Source: an uncultured SAR86 cluster bacterium
GTDB taxonomy: Bacteria; Pseudomonadota; Gammaproteobacteria; Magnimaribacterales; D2472
Direction: 5' to 3'
Length of the DNA: 64,000 nt
NCBI GenBank assembly: GCA_902514105.1
Contig: CABXPU010000002.1
Location: 7,441 to 71,440 of the forward strand
The notes beneath the pieces were generated by a model. It saw nothing but the letters and a program-made list of their open reading frames with translations. It was not told the origin of the DNA and searched no databases. Made by a program: the position numbers and the translations under genes. Below, piece by piece: positions 11,894 through 21,213 of the stretch (position 1 is the stretch's first letter; the number at the start of each line of letters is the position of its first letter).

Positions 11894-13087
11894 TTATTTT
11901 ATTATCTTAGATACAACGCCAGCACCAACAGTTCTGCCGCCCTCTCTAATAGCAAATTTTAGACCATCTTCCATTGCAATTGGCGCAATAAGAGTAACAG
12001 TCATCTTAATGTTGTCTCCTGGCATTACCATCTCAACACCATCTGGAAGTGCACAAGCACCAGTTACATCAGTTGTTCTAAAATAAAACTGAGGTCTATA
12101 GTTACTAAAGAATGGTGTATGTCTTCCACCCTCATCTTTACTTAGTACATATATTTCAGCTTCAAACTCGGTATGAGGAGTTATAGATCCAGGCTTAGCT
12201 AGAACTTGGCCTCTTTCTACTGCTTCTCTTTCAATACCTCTTAAAAGGACTCCACAATTTTCACCTGCTCTTCCTTCATCTAGAGATTTTCTAAACATCT
12301 CTACGCCAGTACATGTTGTTGAAGTAGTTTCTGCAGCAATCCCGATAATTTCTAGAGCATCGCCAGTATTAACAACACCTCTTTCAATTCTTCCAGTTAC
12401 AACAGTACCTCTTCCTGAAATTGTAAATACATCTTCAATAGGCATTAAGAATGGTTGATCAATCGCTCTTTCAGGTTCAGGAACATAAGTATCTAATGTT
12501 TCAACAAGCTTTTTAACTGAATCTACGCCAATCTCTGAAGTATCTCCCTCTAAAGCTTTTAAAGCACTACCAATAATTATTGGTGTGTCATCTCCAGGGA
12601 AATCATATTCATTTAAAAGCTCTCTGATTTCTAATTCAACAAGCTCTATCATCTCAGGATCATCATTCTGATCAGCTTTGTTCATGTAGACAACAATATT
12701 TGGAACTCCAACCTGTCTTGCAAGCAAGATGTGCTCTCTAGTTTGAGGCATAGGACCATCAGCAGCACTAACTACTAAGATAGCACCATCCATTTGTGCA
12801 GCACCTGTAATCATATTTTTTACATAGTCTGCGTGTCCAGGACAGTCAACGTGAGCATAATGCCTCGCTGTTGATACATACTCAACATGAGATGTAGCAA
12901 TAGTAATCCCTCTTTCTCTTTCTTCAGGTGCATTATCAATTCCATCAAATGCAACTGCTTCACCACCATAAACTTCTGCACAAACCTTTGTAAGTGCTGC
13001 AGTTAAAGTAGTTTTACCATGGTCTACGTGACCAATAGTACCCACATTAACGTGGGGTAAATTTCTTTCGAATTTTTCTCTAGCCAT
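11894..13087 (-). CDS. tuf: Elongation factor Tu
   Basis: 397-aa ORF with [18 protein letters not shown] and NKAD GTPase motifs. It lies downstream of tRNA-Thr, as in the tufB cluster. Confidence 0.98.
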   Translation of the reverse strand: MAREKFERNLPHVNVGTIGHVDHGKTTLTAALTKVCAEVYGGEAVAFDGIDNAPEERERGITIATSHVEYVSTARHYAHVDCPGHADYVKNMITGAAQMDGAILVVSAADGPMPQTREHILLARQVGVPNIVVYMNKADQNDDPEMIELVELEIRELLNEYDFPGDDTPIIIGSALKALEGDTSEIGVDSVKKLVETLDTYVPEPERAIDQPFLMPIEDVFTISGRGTVVTGRIERGVVNTGDALEIIGIAAETTSTTCTGVEMFRKSLDEGRAGENCGVLLRGIEREAVERGQVLAKPGSITPHTEFEAEIYVLSKDEGGRHTPFFSNYRPQFYFRTTDVTGACALPDGVEMVMPGDNIKMTVTLIAPIAMEDGLKFAIREGGRTVGAGVVSKIIK

Positions 13088-13125
13088 TTTTTTTGCCTCT
13101 CTGGTTTAAAAAATTTTAATAACTT

Positions 13126-13201
13126 TGGAGCTCATAACCGGACTTGAACCGGTGACCTCTTACTTACCAAGCAAGTGCTCTACCGACTGAGCTATATGAG
13201 C
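13126..13201 (-). tRNA. thrT: tRNA-Thr (anticodon GGU)
   Basis: The minus-strand sequence GCTCATATAGCTCAGTCGGTAGAGCACTTGCTTGGTAAGTAAGAGGTCACCGGTTCAAGTCCGGTTATGAGCTCCA is 76 nt with anticodon loop TT-GGT-AA. Confidence 0.92.
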
Positions 13202-13233
13202 CCGACGCTGTGCTACCAAAATTAAGGTGGCGT

Positions 13234-13262
13234 ATTATCCCTCTAAAAAGAGACAAACTCAA
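13234..13262 (-). promoter_or_regulatory. Candidate promoter for tRNA-Thr and tuf (TTGAGT-17 nt-GATAAT)
   Basis: On the minus strand, TTGAGT (13262..13257) is followed by a 17-nt spacer, GATAAT (13239..13234) and a GC-rich discriminator ACGCCACC, which is typical of stringently controlled promoters. Confidence 0.35.
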
Positions 13263-13319
13263 CCTTTTTTGCAAGAAAAAATGTCTTATTTTATTGCGAT
13301 ATTTTAAGGAAATTATGAA

Positions 13320-13403
13320 TGGTGGAGAGGGTAGGATTCGAACCTACGTAGCCGAAGCGGCAGATTTACAGTCTGCTGGTATTAACCACTCACCCACCTC
13401 TCC
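13320..13403 (-). tRNA. tyrU: tRNA-Tyr (anticodon GUA)
   Basis: The minus-strand sequence GGAGAGGTGGGTGAGTGGTTAATACCAGCAGACTGTAAATCTGCCGCTTCGGCTACGTAGGTTCGAATCCTACCCTCTCCACCA is 84 nt with a long variable arm and closely resembles E. coli tRNA-Tyr. Confidence 0.93.
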
Positions 13404-13468
13404 ATTTCAAGACTCGTATTTTTATTCTAGAATGCTTGTAAGTCAATACATATTTTTAGGAGTTTAAG

Positions 13469-14203
13469 ATTTTTAATAAAGAAGAAATACTAGCAAATAT
13501 TGATATATCAAGGCTGGAGCTCGAATTACACGAAATTGTAGGCTCTACTAATGATTTATGCAGAGAAGCTAAGTTAAATAAAGATTTTTTAGTAATTTCA
13601 GCTGATAAACAAACAAAAGGAAGAGGCAGACAGGGCAAAAAATGGTCGAGTCCAAGCGGAAATATAAGTTTCTCAATAGCATTTGAATACAATAAGCCCG
13701 AGATACCGATAAGTTTAATTGCAGGAGTTATTGCGCAATCAGCTATCTCTAGAGCCCTTAAAGCAAAAAATATAAAGTTAAAATGGCCAAATGACCTAAT
13801 TTATAAGAATAAGAAAATTGGCGGAATTCTTGTAGAAAAAGATGAAATTGGTAAAAAAACTAAAACAGTGGTTGGTATAGGTATAAATTTAGCTCTTGAG
13901 GAAAAAGAGCCTTGGTGGGGTGATCTGCGTTCTTTTAATTCTATAAATGCTAGAGATAACATTCTAAATAATATGATAAAAGGTTTTTATGCTTTTATGG
14001 ATGATGAATTAAATGACTGGAAAAGATTATGGGAAGAAAATTGTGCTCATACAAATAAAAGGATAAAAATTATTCACAATAATAAAATAATTGATGAGGG
14101 CATCTTTTCAGGTATAAATGAAAAGGGAGCACTAATTATAGATTCAGGCGGAGATTTAAAAGAATATAAATACGGAGAAATTTCAATTGAGGGTATATAT
14201 TAA
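13469..14203 (+). CDS. birA: Biotin--[acetyl-CoA-carboxylase] ligase (group I, no N-terminal HTH); probable AUU start
   Basis: The frame is open from 13460 to 14203 and encodes ..LHEIVGSTNDL..KGRGRQGKKWSSPSGNISFS..KWPNDL.., the BirA biotin-loop signature. The first ATG/GTG/TTG in frame is at 13868, far too late. An ATT at 13469 lies 6 nt after AGGAG (13458..13462). Confidence 0.8.
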   Translation: MFNKEEILANIDISRLELELHEIVGSTNDLCREAKLNKDFLVISADKQTKGRGRQGKKWSSPSGNISFSIAFEYNKPEIPISLIAGVIAQSAISRALKAKNIKLKWPNDLIYKNKKIGGILVEKDEIGKKTKTVVGIGINLALEEKEPWWGDLRSFNSINARDNILNNMIKGFYAFMDDELNDWKRLWEENCAHTNKRIKIIHNNKIIDEGIFSGINEKGALIIDSGGDLKEYKYGEISIEGIY

Positions 14204-14208
14204 TAATT

Positions 14209-14766
14209 ATGAAGCATTTCATTTCACAAATTGATTTAACTAGTAAATTACCAGAAAAATATAAATCTATAGTTCTTGGAGCAGGTTGCTTTTGGGGTGT
14301 AGAAAGAAAATTCTGGGAATTATCTGGTGTTTGGCTAACCTCTGTTGGTTATGCAGGTGGGAATACTGATAACCCCTCTTATGAGGAAGTTTGTAATAAT
14401 GAGACTGGTCATGTTGAAGTTGTTAAGGTGATCTATGACCCACAAAAAATTCAAATAGAAGATATATTAAAAAAATTCTGGGAATGTCATGATCCGACTC
14501 AAGGAGATCGTCAAGGAAATGATAGAGGTACCCAGTATAGATCTGTAATATTTTGTGAGAATGAGGAAGATGAGTTAATAGCAAATCAAACCAAAGAAAA
14601 GTATCAATCAGTTTTAGATAGATCAAGTTTTGGAGAAATAACTACTGAAATAAATGTAATTAATGCCTATTTTTTTGCTGAAGAATATCATCAACAATAC
14701 TTAGCTAAAAATCCTAATGGTTATTGCGGTATTGGTGGAACAGGTTGTGCTTTCCCAAATGATTAA
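14209..14766 (+). CDS. msrA: Peptide methionine (S)-sulfoxide reductase MsrA
   Basis: 185-aa ORF with the active-site motif GAGCFWGVE and the conserved YHQQYL region. Confidence 0.93.
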   Translation: MKHFISQIDLTSKLPEKYKSIVLGAGCFWGVERKFWELSGVWLTSVGYAGGNTDNPSYEEVCNNETGHVEVVKVIYDPQKIQIEDILKKFWECHDPTQGDRQGNDRGTQYRSVIFCENEEDELIANQTKEKYQSVLDRSSFGEITTEINVINAYFFAEEYHQQYLAKNPNGYCGIGGTGCAFPND

Positions 14767-14788
14767 TTTGTATATAATAGCTTTCTTC

Positions 14789-14865
<77 letters not shown>

Positions 14866-14869
14866 TTTT

Positions 14870-15355
14870 TTATTCTGAAGTTCCGCGCCAATCTTTAAAA
14901 GTAAAATACTTCCTGTTTAATAATTTATTATAAATAATTGCAAATAGAACTATAAAAGATGCTCCTGCAGCAACTGGCATTAATACAAAACCTATGCCTT
15001 TTGCACCTAGGACAGCAATTATTGGATTAGCCCCTGCAGGCGGATGAACAGTCTGGGTTGCCATCATTAAGAATATCGCTAAACCAACTGCTAGACCTAC
15101 GCTTAAAAAAGAAAAGCCTAATACAGAGAAAACAAAGACTCCTGATAAAGCAGATAAAATATGACCAAATAAAATATTTTTTGGATGAGCTAGAGGGCTT
15201 TCATGAACTGCCATAACTAAAACCATACTTGCTCCGAATGGTGGTATTAACCATAAGTTGCTTTCATCAAAAGAGTTAAGGTATGCAAGAAAAGAAATGC
15301 ATAAAAATGCTCCAAAAGCAGAAATAAAATTATTTTTCATTGTATTAGCATACAT
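14870..15355 (-). CDS. HPP family integral membrane protein
   Basis: 161-aa ORF with four hydrophobic segments and the name-giving motif in TVHPPAGANP. Confidence 0.75.
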   Translation of the reverse strand: MYANTMKNNFISAFGAFLCISFLAYLNSFDESNLWLIPPFGASMVLVMAVHESPLAHPKNILFGHILSALSGVFVFSVLGFSFLSVGLAVGLAIFLMMATQTVHPPAGANPIIAVLGAKGIGFVLMPVAAGASFIVLFAIIYNKLLNRKYFTFKDWRGTSE

Positions 15356-15405
15356 AACAAATATATTCTTTGCTAATATGCCTTATCTGTATTAAAAAAA
15401 TAATA

Positions 15406-17976
15406 ATGTCATTAAGGTTTTTTATAATAGCGTCTCTGCTGACAAACGTTAGTCTCTTAGCAGAAGTTCAAATTGAAGAAATAATAATTACTGGCAGCAT
15501 TTTAAATAATGCTGAAGAAAATTCTTCTCCAGTAGAAATAATAAAAGAAGCAGATCTTAAAGATTTAAATATCTTAACGATTGGAGAAATATCTAAATAT
15601 ATCACCTCTGCTTCTGGTTCACATTTTCAGACCAACTCATTAGATGGAACTGATCAAGGAATGTCATCAATCACTTTAAGGGGATTAGATCATTCTTCTA
15701 CATTGGTGTTAATAAATAATAAAAGGCAAACAGCTGCTGGAACAACGTCTAATGATGGCGAGGGATATATAGATATTAATATTATTCCGCAAATTGCTTT
15801 AAGAGAAGTTCAGATACTTAAAGAAGGTGCTTCAAGTGCATATGGATCAGATGCTATAGCTGGTGTTGTAAATTTCCTCACTTACAAAAATTTTAAGGGG
15901 TCACGATTTAAATTTAGCAACCAACAAACCACTAACTATAATCAAAAAGATATATCAATTGGATTCCTTCATGGTAAAAATTATAAAAATTCAAATTTTG
16001 TTTTTGGTCTAGAGTATCTTGATAGAAGCCCGTTAAATGCTAAAGAGATTCCGGGTATAGCTGAATTGGGGCTAAGTACATTGGGCAACTCCTTTAAATT
16101 AAGTGCTGATGATGAGGTCAGTTCAGGCCCCTATCAAGGATCTTACATTGCTAATCAATGGGTGCCTGATCCTAGCTGTGAAACTAATGGCGGAGTCTTA
16201 GCAGGATCTTTTTGTAAATTCCTTTATGGAGAAAGGTTTAATATTATTAATACTGAAAAACATGTAAAGAGTTATATAGATTACTCATTTCAAGGTTCAT
16301 ATTTCCAATCAAGATCTACAATCATTTTTGCTGATATATCTATTAAAGATAATCCGCAATCCCCCTCTTATCCGGCCTTATCTTTTTTATCAAGAAAGAT
16401 TCAGCCTGGTGTTGGAGGAAGCCCTTTTAATGTTCCAGTTACTTGGTTTGGTCGACCTTTAGGATCTGCATATTCGTCTCCTCATTCTCCTAAAGATATC
16501 TCTCAGTACCACATAAATCATTCAACACTTTTTGAAATTAGTGATATCTCAGAATTTGAAATATCTATCTCAAATTCTAAGCATGCTAATGCTCATTTAA
16601 GACCAGATACAATTGATTCAAGATTTGAAGATGCTTTAAGTGGGAATGGAGGACCTAGCGGTGATTTAACCTGGAATATTTTTGATGTTTCAAATCATGA
16701 TCCTATTTTAATTGACTATATTTCTGGTTTTGAGAAATCAAAACGTACAGGTGAGTTACTAATTATGGATGCAATCTTAAGAACAAATGCATTTAATATG
16801 GATGCTGCTTTTGGGATTCAGATTAGTAAAGATAAGATTCAAATACAATATGATGATTCGAGTGTTGCCACTTTTGATGGAAATGGATTTTTAATTAAAG
16901 CAGCTGACTTATTATTTCTAGGAGGAGGTAAAAATATATCTAAATCCAGAAATAAGAAAGCAATATTTTCAGAGTTCAAAAAAACGTTTAATCCAAACTT
17001 AAATATGACAATTGCTTCTAGATATGAAGAAATAGAATCTCAATCATCATTTGATCCAAAAATATCATTTAAATACACGCTAAATGATTCTTTAATTATT
17101 AGGGCATCATCTGGCACTTCATTTGTGGCGCCTTCCATGGCACAGTTGCATGCATCTGAAATACTTTTGGGAACTATCCGGGGGGCAAGCTTTTCCGATA
17201 AAGCTAGAGTAATTCAAGTTGGAAACCCAGATTTGAAACCTGCATCAGCTAACAATTCTAATATAGGTGTTATCTGGTTCTTAAATAATACTTCAAAAGT
17301 CTCATTAGACTATTGGTCAATAGATTATAAAAATAGAATCGAACTAGAAAACGGCTCTGTTAAAGCAGCTGAAAACCCCAATAGTCCTGATATTGTAAGA
17401 AATAATGAGGGCTATATTATTGGAGTTCACACATCATTTTTTAATGAAAGCTCTACTGAAATCAAAGGAGTAGATGCGACTTTTGAAACAAAATATGATT
17501 TTGATCAATTGGGTTCTTTAACTTATAAAATAAAAGCTTCTAGCTTCTTAGAATACTTAACACCAGATGACAGTACTGGATTAATGAAAGATAGGGTTGG
17601 TTATTTTAATTATGATGCCCATATGCACTCCATTCCAAAGCATAAAATTAATTCATTTTTATCTTGGAGAAAATTAAATACAAAAATAACTGTATCTTCT
17701 CGGTTTATTAGCAGTTATAAAAATAAAACTCCTATTCCAGATTCTCATGTCGCTATTGGTTATAAAAATAAAGTAGATGCTTCTTTAATGATTGATGTAG
17801 GAATTGAAAAAAATATTAACATTAATTCATATGATGTTTTAGCAGGCATTAATATAATTAACCTCTTTGATGAAGAAGCTCCTCGACTTTATAATCCTCC
17901 TGATTTTAGTTTTGACCCAAGAACCCATGATGCCAGGGGAAGGCTAATTAATTTTAGTATTAATTTAAATTTCTAG
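15406..17976 (+). CDS. TonB-dependent outer-membrane receptor
   Basis: It has a signal peptide (MSLRFFIIASLLTNVSLLA), a TonB-box-like EEIIITGS, plug motifs (ITLRGL, VLINNKR, EVQILKEGASSAYGSDAIAGVVNF), a long beta-barrel and a C-terminal aromatic residue (..INLNF). I moved the start from the ORF-track TTG at 15370 to the ATG at 15406. Confidence 0.88.
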   Translation: MSLRFFIIASLLTNVSLLAEVQIEEIIITGSILNNAEENSSPVEIIKEADLKDLNILTIGEISKYITSASGSHFQTNSLDGTDQGMSSITLRGLDHSSTLVLINNKRQTAAGTTSNDGEGYIDINIIPQIALREVQILKEGASSAYGSDAIAGVVNFLTYKNFKGSRFKFSNQQTTNYNQKDISIGFLHGKNYKNSNFVFGLEYLDRSPLNAKEIPGIAELGLSTLGNSFKLSADDEVSSGPYQGSYIANQWVPDPSCETNGGVLAGSFCKFLYGERFNIINTEKHVKSYIDYSFQGSYFQSRSTIIFADISIKDNPQSPSYPALSFLSRKIQPGVGGSPFNVPVTWFGRPLGSAYSSPHSPKDISQYHINHSTLFEISDISEFEISISNSKHANAHLRPDTIDSRFEDALSGNGGPSGDLTWNIFDVSNHDPILIDYISGFEKSKRTGELLIMDAILRTNAFNMDAAFGIQISKDKIQIQYDDSSVATFDGNGFLIKAADLLFLGGGKNISKSRNKKAIFSEFKKTFNPNLNMTIASRYEEIESQSSFDPKISFKYTLNDSLIIRASSGTSFVAPSMAQLHASEILLGTIRGASFSDKARVIQVGNPDLKPASANNSNIGVIWFLNNTSKVSLDYWSIDYKNRIELENGSVKAAENPNSPDIVRNNEGYIIGVHTSFFNESSTEIKGVDATFETKYDFDQLGSLTYKIKASSFLEYLTPDDSTGLMKDRVGYFNYDAHMHSIPKHKINSFLSWRKLNTKITVSSRFISSYKNKTPIPDSHVAIGYKNKVDASLMIDVGIEKNININSYDVLAGINIINLFDEEAPRLYNPPDFSFDPRTHDARGRLINFSINLNF

Positions 17977-18010
17977 CTTTTAATCTGTATTAAACTAAAA
18001 TCCAATACTA

Positions 18011-19492
18011 ATGAATATTCATGATGAGGCTCTAGCGCAAATATTAAATGAAAATAATATTTCTTATGAATGGCCTGATTCTGTTAAAAAAGAATTAAAA
18101 AAAATATCTGATACTAAAAATATAAGAAGGCAAGACTTAACAAGTAATCCCTTTATAACAATTGACGGTAATGACGCAAAGGATTTTGATGATGCTATAT
18201 ATTGTTATAAAAAAGATGGTGAAATATTCTTAAATGTTGCTATTGCTGATGTAGCTAATATTGTTAAAACTGAATCTCAAATTGATATTGAAGCAAGAAA
18301 AAGAGGGACATCAATATACTTTCCAGCAAAAGTTATCCCTATGCTTCCTGAAGAAATCTCTAACAATATTTGCTCATTAATTCCCAATGAAGTTAGGAAT
18401 GTATTAGTTTGTAGAATTAATTTTTCATTAAAAGGCGTTATTAAGGGTTATGAATTTTTTGAAGCTTCTATTAAATCTAATTTAAGAGCAACATATGATT
18501 CAATTGATGAAGCTCTAAAAAATAACAACCTGCTGCCAAAAGAAATACAAAAATCTATTGTTGAATTAAAAAAACTAACTAAATTATTATTATTAAAAAG
18601 ATCACAAAGATATGCTCTGGAGCTTGATGCCACTGAGCCTATTTTGGAATTAAATAAATCTGGAGAAATTAAAAAAATTAAAACTTCGCAAAGGCTTTTT
18701 TCTCACTTAATGATTGAAGAGGCAATGTTGGCAGCAAATATATGTGCAGCCAATTATATGAAGAAACATTATGGATATGGTGTATATAGAATCCATGAAG
18801 AGCCTGAAACTATTAAAATTGATGCTCTAAAAAGTTTTTTTTCAACAAAGGGCTTAACTGTGAAATCTAAAACAAGTTCTTTGGAGATTATTACCCAATG
18901 TTTAAAATTTTCATCTAATCATGAATTAAAAAAATCTCTTCAGACTCTTGTTCTTCAAAGTTTGCAAAGGGCTGAATACTCCACTGAGGAGATAGGTCAC
19001 TTTGGTCTCCAGCTTGAAAATTATTCTCACTTCACATCCCCAATAAGAAGATACCCAGATCTTATGGTTCATAGACTAATAAAAGCTAAGCTAAGTAATA
19101 AAAGTAAAATTAAAGAGCCTAATAAACAAGAAATAGAATTAGACTGCGTAGAGCTATCAGACCTAGAAAGGCAAGCTGAAAAAACATCTAGATCATTAGT
19201 TCAGCAACTTATATGTCATCACTTAAAGCAATTTATTGGAGATGACTTTAACGCAATGATTGTTAGCATTACTGACTTTGGAGTTTTTGCGGAAATAGAT
19301 AATTTTTATATTTCAGGGCTTGTTCATGTATCTGATTTACCTAATGATAGATATCTTTTTGATAATATAAGTAATACTTTAAGAGGTAGATCAAAAGGAA
19401 GAAGTTTTAAGCAGGGGCAAAAAATAAGAGTTAGAATTGATAATGTTCTTCCATATGAGAGAAAAATAAATTTATCTATTATTAATAAATAA
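18011..19492 (+). CDS. rnr: RNase R/RNase II-family 3'-5' exoribonuclease, short form (RNB + S1 only)
   Basis: RNB motif I (ITIDGNDAKDFDDA) lies only about 50 aa from the N-terminus. Also present are HFGL..YSHFTSPIRRYPDL and a C-terminal S1-like fold (ITDFGVFAEI..GLVHVSDL). It is followed by rlmB, as in the E. coli rnr-rlmB pair. Confidence 0.85.
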   Translation: MNIHDEALAQILNENNISYEWPDSVKKELKKISDTKNIRRQDLTSNPFITIDGNDAKDFDDAIYCYKKDGEIFLNVAIADVANIVKTESQIDIEARKRGTSIYFPAKVIPMLPEEISNNICSLIPNEVRNVLVCRINFSLKGVIKGYEFFEASIKSNLRATYDSIDEALKNNNLLPKEIQKSIVELKKLTKLLLLKRSQRYALELDATEPILELNKSGEIKKIKTSQRLFSHLMIEEAMLAANICAANYMKKHYGYGVYRIHEEPETIKIDALKSFFSTKGLTVKSKTSSLEIITQCLKFSSNHELKKSLQTLVLQSLQRAEYSTEEIGHFGLQLENYSHFTSPIRRYPDLMVHRLIKAKLSNKSKIKEPNKQEIELDCVELSDLERQAEKTSRSLVQQLICHHLKQFIGDDFNAMIVSITDFGVFAEIDNFYISGLVHVSDLPNDRYLFDNISNTLRGRSKGRSFKQGQKIRVRIDNVLPYERKINLSIINK

Positions 19493-20224
19493 ATGAAACA
19501 AAATAATTTAGATCAAAGAGTAGGATTTCATAGCATCGAAAGCATCCTTGAGCATAATCCAGAGAAATTAAAAAAAATTACGCTTCCTGCAAAAAGAGCT
19601 GATAAAAGGATTGAGTCGTTAATTAAATTAATTGAATCTAAGGGTATTGCTTTTGAGTTATCGAAAAAAATATCTCAAGAACCTGAAGCAATCATAAAAA
19701 AAGAAGAGCAGTCTTCTTTTCAAGATCTTAAGCTTATGATATCAAATTCAAAAAATAAGAACCCTCTTATACTCATACTTGATAATATTATTGATCCAAG
19801 AAATCTGGGAGCATGCGTAAGATCTGCAGCAGTATCTGGAGTTGATGCACTTATAATAAATAAACACGAGTGCGCTCCAACGAATGCTGTTGCTCATAAA
19901 GTCTCATCGGGCGGTTTTGAGGTTCTGAATATTTTTCATGTAACGAATTTAATTAATTGTATTAAATTTCTAAAAGATAATAATTTTCATATCTTTGGGT
20001 TAAGTGAGCATTCCAATAAAATATATTATAAAGAAGACTTTTGTGGACCAAGTGTCTTAATTATGGGCTCCGAAGAGACAGGTATTAGAGAAAAAACCTT
20101 AGAAGCATGTGATAGTGTAGTTGCCCTTAGCTCTAGTAAAAATTTTAAAAGTTTAAATGTATCAGTGGCTACGGGCGTAATATTGAATGAAGCTGTTAGG
20201 CAAAGAAACCAAATTGAGAATTAA
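19493..20224 (+). CDS. rlmB: 23S rRNA (guanosine-2'-O-)-methyltransferase, SpoU/TrmH family
   Basis: SpoU motifs are present (LDNIIDPRNLGACVRSA, LIMGSEETGI, SLNVSVATGVIL), and the gene sits directly after rnr. Confidence 0.85.
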   Translation: MKQNNLDQRVGFHSIESILEHNPEKLKKITLPAKRADKRIESLIKLIESKGIAFELSKKISQEPEAIIKKEEQSSFQDLKLMISNSKNKNPLILILDNIIDPRNLGACVRSAAVSGVDALIINKHECAPTNAVAHKVSSGGFEVLNIFHVTNLINCIKFLKDNNFHIFGLSEHSNKIYYKEDFCGPSVLIMGSEETGIREKTLEACDSVVALSSSKNFKSLNVSVATGVILNEAVRQRNQIEN

Positions 20225-20259
20225 CTTGATATGAATTTATATTGTATTAGACTTGATAA

Positions 20260-21177
20260 ATGCTAAAACAGAGAACCTTAAGAAACGCTATTAATGCTAC
20301 TGGCATAGGCTTGCATACTGGAATAAAAGTTAATATGGATCTGCTGCCTGCTGAGGTAAATTCAGGCATAAGATTTATTAGAACTGATATAAATCCTGAT
20401 ATAGAAATTCCTGCCCTTGCAGAAAATGTTGGTGAGACAAGCATGTCCACTACTCTAGTTAAAGATGATATAAAAGTTCACACTATTGAGCATCTTCTTT
20501 CAGCTATTGCGGGTCTTGGAATTGATAATTGCATTATTAAGCTTGATGGCCCAGAAGTACCCATTATGGATGGCAGTGCAGCTCCATTTGTTTTTCTTTT
20601 ACAAGCAGCCGGACTGCAAGAGCAAGAAGGTATGAAGAAGTTTATAAGAGTGAAAAAAGAAGTAACATCAGAGAGAGATGATGCTTTTGCTTCTATAAAG
20701 CCTTTTGATGGTTTTAAAGTTTCTTTTAAAGTAGATTTTGATCATCCGGTTCACAAAACTCTCCCATCAACATCGGTGATTGATTTTTCATCAACCTCTT
20801 TCGTTAAAGAGGTATGTCGAGCTAGAACATTTGGATATATGAGTGATTTAGATAAATTAAAATCGCAAAACCTAGTTCTTGGTGCAAGCGTTGATAATGC
20901 TATTGCTTTTGGAGAAGAAGAGATATTGAATGAAGAAGGTCTAAGGTTTGAGGATGAAATAGTTAAGCATAAAATGCTTGATGCTATTGGTGATCTGTAT
21001 CTTCTTGGAGGAAACCTTATTGGTGAATTCTCTGGCTATAAATCTGGCCATGCATTAAATAATCAACTTTTAAGAAAGATTATTGAGTCTGAAGAAGCCT
21101 ATGAAGTGGTAGAGTTTGAAAATCTAGATAATGCCCCCATTTCATATGTAAGGCCACCATTTGGTGACGTTGCGTAA
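20260..21177 (+). CDS. lpxC: UDP-3-O-acyl-N-acetylglucosamine deacetylase
   Basis: The N-terminus [21 protein letters not shown] closely matches E. coli LpxC ([21 protein letters not shown]). The ORF is 305 aa. Confidence 0.95.
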   Translation: MLKQRTLRNAINATGIGLHTGIKVNMDLLPAEVNSGIRFIRTDINPDIEIPALAENVGETSMSTTLVKDDIKVHTIEHLLSAIAGLGIDNCIIKLDGPEVPIMDGSAAPFVFLLQAAGLQEQEGMKKFIRVKKEVTSERDDAFASIKPFDGFKVSFKVDFDHPVHKTLPSTSVIDFSSTSFVKEVCRARTFGYMSDLDKLKSQNLVLGASVDNAIAFGEEEILNEEGLRFEDEIVKHKMLDAIGDLYLLGGNLIGEFSGYKSGHALNNQLLRKIIESEEAYEVVEFENLDNAPISYVRPPFGDVA

Positions 21178-21213
21178 TATATACGCAATTAATAACAAAA
21201 TTTTAAATAATTA

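Noticed and set aside
13210-13692. The ORF at 13210..13467 (+), which runs through tRNA-Tyr, and the ORF at 13456..13692 (-), antisense to birA.
   Set aside because: The first is explained by the tRNA gene and promoter region. The second overlaps the birA catalytic-domain coding sequence and has no recognisable features.
15380-15410. AT-rich sequence AAAAATAATAATGTCATTA upstream of and overlapping the TonB-receptor start, which might be a Fur box.
   Set aside because: Only about 10 of 19 positions match the GATAATGATAATCATTATC consensus in my best alignment. In this AT-rich background that is not distinguishable from chance.
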